Shown here piece by piece: positions 35,516 to 45,429 of a stretch of 64,000 nt of DNA; position 1 is the stretch's first letter; every line of letters begins with the position of its first letter. Source of the DNA: Akkermansiaceae bacterium (GTDB lineage: Bacteria > Verrucomicrobiota > Verrucomicrobiia > Verrucomicrobiales > Akkermansiaceae). The translations under genes were made by a program, and so were the position numbers. The stretch is taken from contig JBLHUR010000002.1 in NCBI GenBank assembly GCA_047629805.1, positions 13,201-77,200 of the forward strand. Reading direction: 5' to 3'. The notes below the pieces were generated by a model. It was not told the origin of the DNA, made no database searches, and saw only the letters and a program-made list of their open reading frames with translations.

Positions 35516-36493
35516 ATGGCCATTCTCGACGTTCAAAATCTCACCACCCGTTTCCACACCCGCAATGGCATCGTCCATGCCGTGGAGGATGTTTCCTTTG
35601 CTCTCGAAAGAGGCGAAACACTTGGTATCGTTGGCGAATCCGGCTCTGGAAAATCCGTGACCTGCTACTCCCTTCTCGGACTCATCCCCCAGCCTCCGGG
35701 ACGCATCCACGCAGGCTCGGCAATGTATGAAGGAACGGACCTTCTCAAGGCGAACGAAAAAACACTCCGCGGCATCCGGGGAAAAAAGATCTCCATGATC
35801 TTCCAGGATCCCATGACTTCGCTCAATCCTTCCATGCGTATCTCCGCCCAGCTCACTGAGCCTCTAGAGATCCACGAAGGCATGAGAGGGAAACCAGCCC
35901 TCCACCGCGCCATCGAAGCACTCGAAGAAGTCGGCATTCCTGATGCCGCAAAACGGATTCAATCCTACCCGCACGAATTCTCCGGCGGCATGCGCCAGCG
36001 CGTCATGATCGCGATGGCCCTCATCACCCGGCCCGATATCCTCATCGCCGATGAGCCTACCACCGCGCTCGATGTCACGGTCCAAAAACAAGTCCTCGAC
36101 CTGATCAAAGACCGCCAAAATGAACTCGGCACCGCTGTCGTCCTGGTCACACACGACCTGGGCGTCGTCTCGCAAGTCTGTGATAAAGTGAACGTCATGT
36201 ATGCCGGACGGATCGTCGAATCAGCAAGCGCCACCGACCTCTTCGCGGAGCCTCGCCACGCCTACACCCGCGCCCTCCTCAAGAGCATCCCGGCAATGCA
36301 CAAAAAGGGCGAAAGACTCTACACCATCCCCGGACTCCCACCCAACCTCAACGAGGCCCCTTCTTCTTGCTCCTTTCACCCGCGCAATACTCTCGGAAAC
36401 GCTTCGCTTTGTCTCACTGCCGCAGCTCCCCAACTGACCGAAATCGTCCCCGGCCACTCGGTGCAAAACTGTCCGGGCTGCCTCGCCTCATAG
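35516..36493 (+). CDS. oligopeptide/dipeptide-type ABC transporter ATP-binding protein (OppD/DppD-like), no neighbouring permease or binding protein
   Basis: It has Walker A GESGSGKSV, FSGGMRQRVMIAMAL, LIADEPTTALD and a C-terminal oligopeptide-type Cys/His tail CSFHPRN...CPGC. The start is ATG 35516 (MAILDVQNLT). Confidence 0.88.
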   Translation: MAILDVQNLTTRFHTRNGIVHAVEDVSFALERGETLGIVGESGSGKSVTCYSLLGLIPQPPGRIHAGSAMYEGTDLLKANEKTLRGIRGKKISMIFQDPMTSLNPSMRISAQLTEPLEIHEGMRGKPALHRAIEALEEVGIPDAAKRIQSYPHEFSGGMRQRVMIAMALITRPDILIADEPTTALDVTVQKQVLDLIKDRQNELGTAVVLVTHDLGVVSQVCDKVNVMYAGRIVESASATDLFAEPRHAYTRALLKSIPAMHKKGERLYTIPGLPPNLNEAPSSCSFHPRNTLGNASLCLTAAAPQLTEIVPGHSVQNCPGCLAS

Positions 36494-36498
36494 TTCTC

Positions 36499-37386
36499 AT
36501 GGAGTATCAGGTCGATAGCTTCATCCTCTATCTCGCAACCGAGCGAGGGCTTTCGACCGCTTACCAACTCTCCGTCCGACAGACGCTCGACAAGCTCCTC
36601 CCCTGGTGTGAAAAAAATGGGCACAAGGAATGGCGAGACCTCGGCACCGACGAACTCGCCTCCTTTCTGGGCCATCTTCGAAAAGGTCACATCGATGCCT
36701 CATCCCTGCGTATCGCCCTCGTTCATCTCAAGATCTTCTTCCGCTTCCTCCAGAAGCGACAGCACATCGAGATCGATCCTGCCGAACCTCTCCTCTCGCC
36801 CAAAACCGCGGCCAAGCTTCCCGAAACTCTCAACGCACAGACGGTCGCAAAGCTCCTCGCTTCCATCGACCCTGAAAAGAAGCTCGGCAAACGCGACCTC
36901 GCCTTACTGGAGCTTTTCTACGCCTCGGGCCTTCGCCTTTCCGAAATCTGTGGCGCCCGGCTCGAGTATCTTGACCAGGAAGACCATTTCCTCCGCATCA
37001 CCGGAAAGGGTAATAAAACACGTCTCGTTCCCGTCGGAGGAAAAGCCCTTGAAGCGATCGACCGCTACCTCACCGTCGAACGGCCCACTTTGGTTTCCAA
37101 GAAAACCTCTTCCTTTATTTTCCTCTCGATCCGAGGCGGTCCATTGTCACCGGATCGCGTGCGACAGATCGTCAAAGAACGCGCGAAGCAGGCCGGTATT
37201 GAGCAAAACATCTACCCTCACCTCCTGCGGCATTCCTTCGCGACCCACCTCCTGGAAAACGGGGCCGACCTCCGCGTCATTCAGGAACTCCTGGGTCATG
37301 CCGACATCGCCACTACCCAAATCTACACCCACCTCGATCAGAAGCGGCTCAAGGCGGTGCACAAAAACTTCCACCCTCGCGGGTGA
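36499..37386 (+). CDS. xerD: tyrosine recombinase, XerD-like
   Basis: It contains RDLALLELFYASGLRLSE and HLLRHSFATHLLENGADLRVIQELLGHADIATTQIYTHL. The start at ATG 36499 lies 5 nt after the ABC ATPase stop. Confidence 0.85.
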   Translation: MEYQVDSFILYLATERGLSTAYQLSVRQTLDKLLPWCEKNGHKEWRDLGTDELASFLGHLRKGHIDASSLRIALVHLKIFFRFLQKRQHIEIDPAEPLLSPKTAAKLPETLNAQTVAKLLASIDPEKKLGKRDLALLELFYASGLRLSEICGARLEYLDQEDHFLRITGKGNKTRLVPVGGKALEAIDRYLTVERPTLVSKKTSSFIFLSIRGGPLSPDRVRQIVKERAKQAGIEQNIYPHLLRHSFATHLLENGADLRVIQELLGHADIATTQIYTHLDQKRLKAVHKNFHPRG

Positions 37387-37534
37387 AGAGAGGGAGAACA
37401 AGGAGGGACATCTCTCTGAGTGTCCAACTGTGCGGGCTCCCCCCTTTTTGGTCCTCGCAGCTGGGGGCTCTGGAGAGCCACCTTCCTTGGTTGCACCGCT
37501 CCTCGGAAAACACAGAGACGGACGCGTGCTCCGA

Positions 37535-38242
37535 CTAGTCTTTCCCCTTCGTGAGCTTGCTCAGCTCCATGACTTGATGGATGAGGCGCTTACTTGCGGA
37601 GTAGTAGGTTTTTTCCTCCTTCACGAAGCCCTTTCCTTTCGTAAACCAGATCGTGCGCTTGATTTCTATTGGCCCGGATTGGCCGGTCATGACGATACGG
37701 ATCGCCTTAAAAGTGCCGGCAGGAACGCGGACTTCCTCTTCACCAAAGATCCTGAACTTTCGCGTGAACAAGGCCGTCTCTACTCCGTCGCCCGCTTTAA
37801 TTTCCCATTGGTCGCCAGGCTTGTTCGCCGCAGTGTAGATGAGCAAGGGCTTGCTTAGAAGAATGAGCTTACTGTCTTTCTTGGTCGCATCCTTGGAACC
37901 AAGAGCGTAGATCGCGTCTTTCTTAAAGTCACTGAATTCAAATTCCATCACTCTCCCGGAGCGGACAATTTGAAAGGTATCAAGATCCGCACCGCCGGTT
38001 TTGGCCTTCGTTTTCCCCATGTAAATCCGGGTCTTTTTAAAGGAGGCCTTTACGCCATCGGCGGTTTTCTTGACAACGACATCGTCACCACTTGGCATGG
38101 TGGCTCCGCGTGGAGCATCCACCGTAACCTGATATTCCCAGCTGTCTCCCTTGGTTAGCAGAAGCAAAGGGGCCTCGTCTGCAAAGGCAGACGAGGCGAT
38201 TGAAAAAGCCGAGGCAAGAGCGATGAAGGGGCAAACGTTCAT
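37535..38242 (-). CDS. secreted hypothetical protein encoded immediately downstream of the secretin
   Basis: It has a signal peptide MNVCPFIALASAFSIASSAFA. It is 235 aa and beta-rich in composition. I do not recognise the family. Confidence 0.7.
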   Translation of the reverse strand: MNVCPFIALASAFSIASSAFADEAPLLLLTKGDSWEYQVTVDAPRGATMPSGDDVVVKKTADGVKASFKKTRIYMGKTKAKTGGADLDTFQIVRSGRVMEFEFSDFKKDAIYALGSKDATKKDSKLILLSKPLLIYTAANKPGDQWEIKAGDGVETALFTRKFRIFGEEEVRVPAGTFKAIRIVMTGQSGPIEIKRTIWFTKGKGFVKEEKTYYSASKRLIHQVMELSKLTKGKD

Positions 38243-38287
38243 ATTTGAAAGATGCCACGTCCCGCCCCTTAACGAAAGCGAAACTTA

Positions 38288-40699
38288 TTAGCGGCGTCCG
38301 GGACGTCCGGTTCTACCGCGAATCTTTGATTGCGTGCTGCTCGAATCGGTCCCAGGGGCAACTTTCCTTACTGGGATAACTCCACCTCTGGAATCGGGCT
38401 CTTGATACCGGGGCATCGTTCCCGGAGCTGGCAAAACACCGCTGTTCTGTGGGAAAGACTGGGCGACCTCATTGGTATGCTGTGAACTCTGCGAGTAGTC
38501 GTCACGGAAGCCATTCAGCTCCGTCTGCGTCTTGAGAATACGCGGCTGGATCATGATGATCAGTTCAGCTTGGTTTTTAGTATTATCAGTGCTTCCAAAG
38601 AGTTTTCCAATTCCAGGGATCTTACTCAGAATAGGGATGCCACTGTTGGTTTCATTTTCAGAGGTTGTGATGATACCACCGAGGATGACGGCAGAACCAT
38701 CTTCGACCGTGACGGAGGTCGTGAGCGACTCCGTGTTAATGTCCGGCACAATCAATTCACCGATTGTGCGGTTGGCCCCGACAGAGTCACGCACCACCGA
38801 GATCTCCAAGGTGATTTGGTTGTCAGAGTTGATGAGAGGCTGGATCTCAAGTCCCAGCGTGACATTCAGGTATTCGACATTCGTGGTGGAGGTACCATTG
38901 TTGTTAAAACCTTGAGAAGTGCTCGAAGGAACCGCAATTCTTTTTCCGGAAGAAAGCGAGGCGACGCGGTTATTACGAGTCGTCAAGGTGGTTCGCTCAA
39001 GAGTCTTAAACCTCGTCTGTGTTTCCAAGGCATTCACGAAGAAGCCAAAGTCGTCATTAATGGCTCCATAGACTGAGACCCCGTTACCGGCACCGCCATT
39101 GGCAGAGAGAATATTTCCGAGGTCTCCCAGGTCAGTGGGGTTCAAAACTCCATTACCAAAGCGAGCGAGGCCACCAGCGGCAAAACTGCTTCCAGTCTCA
39201 CGAATCGCCCGGGCCAGATCGACTCCAAAGTTCAAGCCATCTCCGATGGTATAACTCCCAACGACTGACGAGAGAACCACCTGCTGGGACTCGGTATCGA
39301 GGTCCTTAATAAGGTCGCGGACGATCTCGATGTGGTGAGGCGGGCCGTTCACGATGATGGTGTTGGCCACATTGTCTCCCACGAGGAGGGTCCGACCCAC
39401 AAGCATAGACTCAGGAGCGGTGGGAATGTCCTGCGCCTGAATGCTGGCCTGAGTGCCCCCACCTTGTTGCCCCTGCTGGCCGGTGCTCCGAGTACTGTTG
39501 TTGTTATTGTTATTATTATTTTGGGTGTTCCGGCTGTTATTATTTTGGCCGGCAAGTTGACGGCTGCTTCCGCCTTGTCCGCCGCCGCCCTCGGCGTCAC
39601 CCAGTTGGACCGAGATCGCGCTTTCCGCAATTCCCAGGAAGTCACCGACCCGGAGATAGCGAAGACGGAAAGTCTGGCGGGTATTCTCACTACTGGGCTG
39701 GTCGAAGGTTAGCACCATGGCCTCGGCCGCAATGAGATCGGCAGGCCGGCCTACGAGAAGAATCCGACTGGTGCGGCGCACTCCGATGATCTTGATTGGG
39801 ATTTCCTCGCCAGAAGTAGCGGCACCTGGAACGGATCCAGGAGTGGGAGGAGCATTGGTCCGAGTGGTCCGGGTCGTTTGACGATTGGAGGCCTGCTCGT
39901 TGTAAATTTCATTCATGCGCTCGGCAATCTCATCGACGTCACCATAAGTGACATCGACCCACCTCTCGCCAATTGGAGTAGGAACATCGATCAGGTCCTT
40001 GATCTCGATCATCTGTCGGATGAGCGAGGAGTTCTCGGTGATGATCAACGAGGAAGCATTGGGAACTGCGGTGATGTTTCCGGAGGCACTGAGCTGGCCC
40101 ATCGCGGCTTGGAGAACTTTGAGCGCGTCCTCAGGCTTGAGGTAGCGGAGAGTCATCTGGTAGGTGACAATCTCATCATCGGCGGGAAGATCGAAGGGGT
40201 CTGTGAAGACACCGTTCGGAACCTGACTAATCGCGGTGATGGGGCCTGAAGGGACAAGTCGAACGATGTCCGGCTCACCGGGGATGGGGATCATGGCAAG
40301 CCCTTCACCCAGGAGGATCAATTTGAGAAACTTGGCGACCTCGGCATTGGTCAAAGGACCACGGATGACAAAGGAGACCTCGGATTGAGCCACCGCGTTG
40401 GTCATAATGATCCTCTTGTCGCAATGATCTTCATACAAGACCGCTGCTTCGAGAGCGGTAAGATTAGCCCTCGTGATGTCACCATCGGCAGCAATCGCAA
40501 GTTGATTAGGATCAACTTTCCCAGCACGGAATCCACCCACCTTGGCAGGTCCTACGGGCTGGATGCCGGGTGCTACAGGCTGGATGGCGGGAACAGGAGT
40601 CGGCACACCTGGCTGTGAGCCGGGCGTTCCCGGAGTGGGAGGCTCTTGAGCCCATGCTCCAAGAGAGAGGCCGAAAAGTAATGTGAGAGAGCGGTTCAT
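38288..40699 (-). CDS. gspD: secretin, GspD/PilQ family outer-membrane channel
   Basis: It has a signal peptide and N-domain repeats. The C-terminal secretin domain ends in NSGIPILSKIPGIGKLFGSTDNTKNQAELIIMIQPRIL. There is an internal N/Q/G-rich low-complexity insert. Confidence 0.9.
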   Translation of the reverse strand: MNRSLTLLFGLSLGAWAQEPPTPGTPGSQPGVPTPVPAIQPVAPGIQPVGPAKVGGFRAGKVDPNQLAIAADGDITRANLTALEAAVLYEDHCDKRIIMTNAVAQSEVSFVIRGPLTNAEVAKFLKLILLGEGLAMIPIPGEPDIVRLVPSGPITAISQVPNGVFTDPFDLPADDEIVTYQMTLRYLKPEDALKVLQAAMGQLSASGNITAVPNASSLIITENSSLIRQMIEIKDLIDVPTPIGERWVDVTYGDVDEIAERMNEIYNEQASNRQTTRTTRTNAPPTPGSVPGAATSGEEIPIKIIGVRRTSRILLVGRPADLIAAEAMVLTFDQPSSENTRQTFRLRYLRVGDFLGIAESAISVQLGDAEGGGGQGGSSRQLAGQNNNSRNTQNNNNNNNNSTRSTGQQGQQGGGTQASIQAQDIPTAPESMLVGRTLLVGDNVANTIIVNGPPHHIEIVRDLIKDLDTESQQVVLSSVVGSYTIGDGLNFGVDLARAIRETGSSFAAGGLARFGNGVLNPTDLGDLGNILSANGGAGNGVSVYGAINDDFGFFVNALETQTRFKTLERTTLTTRNNRVASLSSGKRIAVPSSTSQGFNNNGTSTTNVEYLNVTLGLEIQPLINSDNQITLEISVVRDSVGANRTIGELIVPDINTESLTTSVTVEDGSAVILGGIITTSENETNSGIPILSKIPGIGKLFGSTDNTKNQAELIIMIQPRILKTQTELNGFRDDYSQSSQHTNEVAQSFPQNSGVLPAPGTMPRYQEPDSRGGVIPVRKVAPGTDSSSTQSKIRGRTGRPGRR

Positions 40700-40726
40700 A
40701 TAGAAAAAAGGAAGAGGTGAGAAAAG

Positions 40727-41374
40727 TTATTTGGTCTTCGAGGGACGGGGAACGTAGCGCGTGCGTTTGGATTTCGAACTGGTGCTCGCAGCTCTGGTGG
40801 TAGTACTGGTCTTAGCGGCAGAGGGCTGGGGAACCACACCTGGCTTCGCGGGAGTCGCACCTTTCGAAGAACGGACACCTGGAGGAGTGGGAGGCTGAGC
40901 CCCGGTCCTGCCATTACTGCGGGTCCCGGTTTTACCCGCGACTGCTGGACGTTGCGCCGTGGGTCCGGCAACCTTCTTGAGGACGAGATATTTTGCATCA
41001 AATCTCACTTCGCCGGTGTCATTGCCTTTTTGGAGAGTGACGACGCTGTCCTTCAGGTAGTTCCGATTATGATCGACCTTCTTAATCGAGAATCCCAATT
41101 CCGTGGCATCCTTGCTGGGGATCGTGACACGGGAGCGGTCCTTGATATTCATGATCTGGACCACGGTCTTGCCGATATACTTGGAGACTCCGACGAGGAC
41201 CCAGTCAGGGAGATCGCTGGGAATTTCATCTGGCTTTTCCACAATCGGCGGGTCCGTGAGGGCAGATTTCAGATAAAGATCCTTATAGCGATCTGCACGA
41301 TGATTTTCAGGAGGCGCAGCGAGGGCAAGGCCGCTCGCGAAGACGGTGATGAGGAGAGTATTTAAAACTTTCAT
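40727..41374 (-). CDS. periplasmic protein upstream of the secretin (PilP/GspC-position), basic low-complexity C-terminus
   Basis: It has a signal peptide MKVLNTLLITVFASGLALA and a small globular domain, then a Pro/Thr/Lys/Arg-rich tail. The functional call is by gene position only. Confidence 0.65.
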   Translation of the reverse strand: MKVLNTLLITVFASGLALAAPPENHRADRYKDLYLKSALTDPPIVEKPDEIPSDLPDWVLVGVSKYIGKTVVQIMNIKDRSRVTIPSKDATELGFSIKKVDHNRNYLKDSVVTLQKGNDTGEVRFDAKYLVLKKVAGPTAQRPAVAGKTGTRSNGRTGAQPPTPPGVRSSKGATPAKPGVVPQPSAAKTSTTTRAASTSSKSKRTRYVPRPSKTK

Positions 41375-41394
41375 AAGCTTACAAGGTGTGGGGA

Positions 41395-41925
41395 TTAAAC
41401 ATCGTCAGGGGTGATAATCCATTTCTCGACTTCGATCTCGCATTCCACGCGAGTGGGGTCGTTATTCTGGGGTTTCATTTCCATCTTGGTCACCACCTGA
41501 CGTTGGGTGGGTTGATGGATGCTGGTGAGCCAGGAGAAGACATCGCGCTCCATGCCAGTCACTTTAAAAAGAACCCGCACACGGTCGTAGTGTAGGCCGG
41601 GCTGATAGGGGAGAATACGGGAGTCACGGATATCGAGACTCCGTGCGCTGGCCTGCTTGCGGAGAAGAGTTTGCAGCTTCGACTGGGCAACCGGTGGGTT
41701 GGTTGCGATGGTACCGGTTCTCTCCAACCACTGAATCTCGGGCTCGAGTTCCGCGCTTTGAGAAAGGACCCGCTCAGCCTCTTCGAGCTTTCCTTCGGCA
41801 ATCGTTTTTTCACCTCTGGCTTTGTTGATGGCAGGGCTGTAAAAGGAATTGAAGCCGACCAGATTCAGAATGATAAAGAGAGCGACTCCCAGGAAGATGA
41901 GGAGATTTTTTTCACGTGGTGTCAT
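41395..41925 (-). CDS. bitopic inner-membrane assembly protein, GspM/PilO-like
   Basis: It has an N-terminal TM (LLIFLGVALFIILNLVGF), then a coiled-coil and a small periplasmic domain. It sits between the GspL-like and PilP-like genes. Confidence 0.6.
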   Translation of the reverse strand: MTPREKNLLIFLGVALFIILNLVGFNSFYSPAINKARGEKTIAEGKLEEAERVLSQSAELEPEIQWLERTGTIATNPPVAQSKLQTLLRKQASARSLDIRDSRILPYQPGLHYDRVRVLFKVTGMERDVFSWLTSIHQPTQRQVVTKMEMKPQNNDPTRVECEIEVEKWIITPDDV

Positions 41926-41931
41926 GTTGGC

Positions 41932-43233
41932 TTACTGGGTTGCGTTTCCGGTAAAGATAAAAGTCAGTTTCCCGCTTCTTCTGTCTATAGTTTCTGGAGG
42001 AATATCCCATCGGAACGCTTCAAGGTCTTTGCTGTCGCTTAAATTCCCGGAAAAAATGGGTATTTTTGGCTGATCTGTCTGATCTGCCTGTCCTTCCAGC
42101 ACCACCTCACGGGCGACCCGGAGATCGCCGTCAATCTCGCGGAACTGATTGATCAAGCTCACCTTTTTTAGGCGGATGAAGCGCTCGGTATTCGTATTAG
42201 GGAGCGCCCGATAGGAGCCCAAGAAGACTTCGAAGGGATGGAATTTGTCTTCCACCACGGGCTGAAGTTCAAACCACTTTGACTGGTGAGCTAGGAGGAA
42301 GTCAGCCTCTTCTGAAATCCCGCTGGAGTCCCGCTTGGCTTGCACCGCTTCTTTTTTGGCCTTTTGAAGGTCAAGAAAGAGGTAAGCAGCCAAGCCGATG
42401 TATGCGAGGATGAGGGCTGCGATGAGGAGATTGCGGTTACGCATCCCTTTTTTGGCGAGGCGCTCGGCCCGCACATCCGCCGGGAGAAGGCGGCTGGGTG
42501 GCGATGGCCAGGTCGGCGCGGGTTTCGGTGAGGTTTGCACCGCCAGTCCGAGGCCTCGTCCGAAGGCTTCGATTTCCTCCGGGCGCACGTCGCTCGCAGA
42601 CCCATGAGTCCAGATGATCGCCTCATCCGGAACTTGTGGAAGAAGGCCTTGCATCTGGAGTTGGGTGAGAGCCAGACGGACCTCATTGCCCGCGCGGTCG
42701 TCGAGTTGCACCCCGGAGAGAACCTGAAAGTAGAGAGCCTGACCGGGTTTCCCGACTCCGAAGATCCAACGTCCCAATTCACGCCAAACCACCACTTTGC
42801 CCGTGGGGAGAGGGAGACAGCGAGGTGAGATATCAAAGGCCTGCGGGCTTTTGCGAGGAAGTTGCCCTTCGGAGGAAGGATTCATCACGATCGCCGTGAG
42901 ATGGGTCTCCTCGGGTGAAGTGCCAAAGACAAAGTGATCGGTCAATTGTCCCCCATCAAGGGCGGGACGAATGCCGTTTTTCTCAAGCTGCATCGCGGCA
43001 AGGTCACCGAGAAGCGCGAGATCACCCGTCTGCGCCCGAAAAGGAACGGCTGATACCTGGCGGACCGGAATCGCCATCTCAATCGGTCCAGACGGGTAGC
43101 CGGTGACATCGAGCGCGAGAAGGTGCCCGGTCGCGGCGTGTTGGCTGAAGCCGGCAGCATTAGAGCCGGTCCAAATCTCCCAGCCATCGGCCCCAGGCAT
43201 TAGTATATTAAGGTCTCCTTTTTTAGCACTCAT
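41932..43233 (-). CDS. bitopic assembly protein, GspL-like (cytoplasmic domain, one TM, periplasmic domain)
   Basis: It is 433 aa with a central TM (LLIAALILAYIGLAAYLFL). It overlaps gspK by 4 nt. The call rests on architecture and position. Confidence 0.6.
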   Translation of the reverse strand: MSAKKGDLNILMPGADGWEIWTGSNAAGFSQHAATGHLLALDVTGYPSGPIEMAIPVRQVSAVPFRAQTGDLALLGDLAAMQLEKNGIRPALDGGQLTDHFVFGTSPEETHLTAIVMNPSSEGQLPRKSPQAFDISPRCLPLPTGKVVVWRELGRWIFGVGKPGQALYFQVLSGVQLDDRAGNEVRLALTQLQMQGLLPQVPDEAIIWTHGSASDVRPEEIEAFGRGLGLAVQTSPKPAPTWPSPPSRLLPADVRAERLAKKGMRNRNLLIAALILAYIGLAAYLFLDLQKAKKEAVQAKRDSSGISEEADFLLAHQSKWFELQPVVEDKFHPFEVFLGSYRALPNTNTERFIRLKKVSLINQFREIDGDLRVAREVVLEGQADQTDQPKIPIFSGNLSDSKDLEAFRWDIPPETIDRRSGKLTFIFTGNATQ

Positions 43234-44156
43234 TGTATTACGACTTCTTTTCGATCAAGGATCTGGGGGTTCTGCGTCCGTCCGCTGATGATGAGGACGA
43301 CCTTACGCCGAATCGAGCCCGCAAAGCCAACGCTTTCGATTCGTTTCACGGGATCCTCTGAAGCGAGTCTCCCGGGAATCACTCCGCTGGGATCTTCGAT
43401 CCCGAGATTGGCGAGCGCATCCTGCACCGAGAGAGGTTGATCATCCTCGGTATTCCTAATGCCATCGGCTCCATCGGTGATGTCGATGAGCGGCTGGACC
43501 TGCTGGATATCGGTCTCGGTGGCCATCGCAAGGAATTCAGCCGGGGCCTCGACGACGTCGAGTCCCCCACTACTCCAAACGGTAAACCAGTCCCGCCAGC
43601 GTGGGTTGAGGGCTTCCACCAAATCCATCCCGCGAACGAGGCGGACTTCATCGAGTTCGTAGAAAGGACGGTTGAAGGGACGGTTAAAGTGACCTTGGCC
43701 TTCGTAGTAATCGAATTCTGCACCGTTCAGTTGAGTGTCGTCATCGGAGTCGATCCAGTCGATCAAAGCGTCGGCGATCTCCGAGGCCACATCGAAATCA
43801 ACCCCCCACTTTTGGAAGATATCGCGCAGGAGCTTCTTATCTTCCTGAAAGAGGATGTAGTTAATGTTAAAGCGACCACCTTCAGAAAGGATTTTGGCTT
43901 GAAAGCCAGCATCGTTTTCAAAATTCTGTCTCAGAATCGGATCCCATTCCTCGACGGAAGGATTGGCAGCGAGATTAATCCCCATTTCCGCGTATTGGCG
44001 GGCTTCGATGCCGTTGATTTGCGAGGACGCGACATCGGACTGGTAACGCGAAATCTTCACCGTCGCAACAAGGGCGAGCCCCATGACGGCCATGATCCAA
44101 AAGACCGCAATGAGCGTCGCTCCGCGTTTCAGGGATGGATGATTTGAAACTTTCAT
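43230..44156 (-). CDS. gspK: type II secretion minor pseudopilin GspK
   Basis: The N-terminus KRGATLIAVFWIMAVMGLALV lacks Glu+5, as in GspK. The protein is about 300 aa and lies after gspJ. Confidence 0.8.
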   Translation of the reverse strand: MKVSNHPSLKRGATLIAVFWIMAVMGLALVATVKISRYQSDVASSQINGIEARQYAEMGINLAANPSVEEWDPILRQNFENDAGFQAKILSEGGRFNINYILFQEDKKLLRDIFQKWGVDFDVASEIADALIDWIDSDDDTQLNGAEFDYYEGQGHFNRPFNRPFYELDEVRLVRGMDLVEALNPRWRDWFTVWSSGGLDVVEAPAEFLAMATETDIQQVQPLIDITDGADGIRNTEDDQPLSVQDALANLGIEDPSGVIPGRLASEDPVKRIESVGFAGSIRRKVVLIISGRTQNPQILDRKEVVIQ

Positions 44157-45022
44157 CGTCCTGCTGGTGGAGTTGTTCCAGGGTTTCCGCCACTCTGAGG
44201 GCGCCCGCCGCCTTCGGGTCGGGCGCCGGTTGGTCGCCCGCCGCCTCCCGTCCCGTTGCCTCCTTGAGGCCGTCCAGGCTCAGTTTGCCCGCCATTACCA
44301 GTGGACCCTTGCTCAATGGGGCTGCCCGCCTTGTTCTTGAGCGCGTTCATGGTCGTTTGAGGATTCGCTTTTGTCGGAATCCAGAAGAGGCGGGTGATCG
44401 CGGGATCGTCGTTCTCGAAGATGACTTTCAATTCGACATAGGTGGGACGTCGGTTGTTCTCCTCCCAGATGTAGGGCCAGTCATCACGTTCAAAATTATT
44501 ATACTTCCGGCCGTCCATCACGCTCCATTCAAAGAGGCGGACGTCATTGAGAAGGACGATCGAAGCAATGGGGTCGATCCCCCGCTCGGCCGGCCCCTCG
44601 TCGCTGTCGAGAATGGGTTCGTCGTAATACTCCAGAACGATGTCGATCCCGTTGGTAATGGTGGGCACGGTGATGAGACGAGTGGCTTCCGCTGAAATCG
44701 GAACTCCGCCCCAGTTGAAGGAGACGGGAGTGTTTTGAAAAGTCATCTCCGAAAGAAAGGGCTCGGCACTGCTGGTGTTTTGCAGATTAATGACAGCATT
44801 TCCGGGAAGGCTGTCGAAGTGGTTGCGGAGGAAGGAGAAAAAGGCATCGCGCGAGATGTCTTCATTCTGCATATCAACCATCTTCGTCGTGGACCGGACT
44901 GCTCCGTCGGCGATGCGGAAGATAGAGGTGAGAACCAATCCCGCGATCCCCAGCGCGAGGACTAACTCAAACAGGGTAAAACCCTTTTTGGTGGGAGATG
45001 AATGAGGGGTATTTTGCTTCAT
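44153..45022 (-). CDS. gspJ: minor pseudopilin, GspJ-like, with Gly/Pro-rich C-terminal tail
   Basis: It has the prepilin motif KKGFTLFELVLALGIAGL. It shares 4-nt overlaps with both neighbouring genes. Confidence 0.75.
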   Translation of the reverse strand: MKQNTPHSSPTKKGFTLFELVLALGIAGLVLTSIFRIADGAVRSTTKMVDMQNEDISRDAFFSFLRNHFDSLPGNAVINLQNTSSAEPFLSEMTFQNTPVSFNWGGVPISAEATRLITVPTITNGIDIVLEYYDEPILDSDEGPAERGIDPIASIVLLNDVRLFEWSVMDGRKYNNFERDDWPYIWEENNRRPTYVELKVIFENDDPAITRLFWIPTKANPQTTMNALKNKAGSPIEQGSTGNGGQTEPGRPQGGNGTGGGGRPTGARPEGGGRPQSGGNPGTTPPAGR

Positions 45023-45429
45023 GGCTTATAAAGTGGGAGGTAACGCCAGCCCCGCACGGTGCGTTCTTGCTCGAAGCCGTCTTGTTTGAAGCGGGCGATG
45101 ACTCGGATCTCCCACATTTGTTGGAGGAGATTTCCCTCTTGGGTTTCAAGTTCCAGCGGGATGACCTGGGTCTCCAAGTCGATATCCCGCTCGGCAATAT
45201 AGATTTCGGTGGATCCTTCCTCAAGCTGCTGGAGATAAAGGGTCTCTTGCAGTGCGCTATCGATGATTTGCGTAATGACCAGCTCCTCCTTCACGAAGGA
45301 GGTATTTCGCCACATGCTGTTGATACCCCTGGTAAAAGAGGTCGCGACAATCGCAAAAATCATGAGAGCCAGAAGCACCTCCATCATCATGAAGCCGGAT
45401 CTGTTTTTTCCTGACGAGTGGGTCTTCAT
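45019..45429 (-). CDS. gspI: minor pseudopilin, GspI-like
   Basis: It has the prepilin motif RSGFMMMEVLLALMIFAIV and is 136 aa. Confidence 0.75.
   Translation of the reverse strand: MKTHSSGKNRSGFMMMEVLLALMIFAIVATSFTRGINSMWRNTSFVKEELVITQIIDSALQETLYLQQLEEGSTEIYIAERDIDLETQVIPLELETQEGNLLQQMWEIRVIARFKQDGFEQERTVRGWRYLPLYKP

Noticed and set aside
29966-37386. The XerC/XerD-bracketed segment as an integrative mobile element or genomic island.
   Set aside because: Both recombinases look like chromosomal Xer types. The interior holds the essential GTPase der and ordinary housekeeping-type genes. No flanking direct repeats, tRNA target or phage or conjugation genes were seen.
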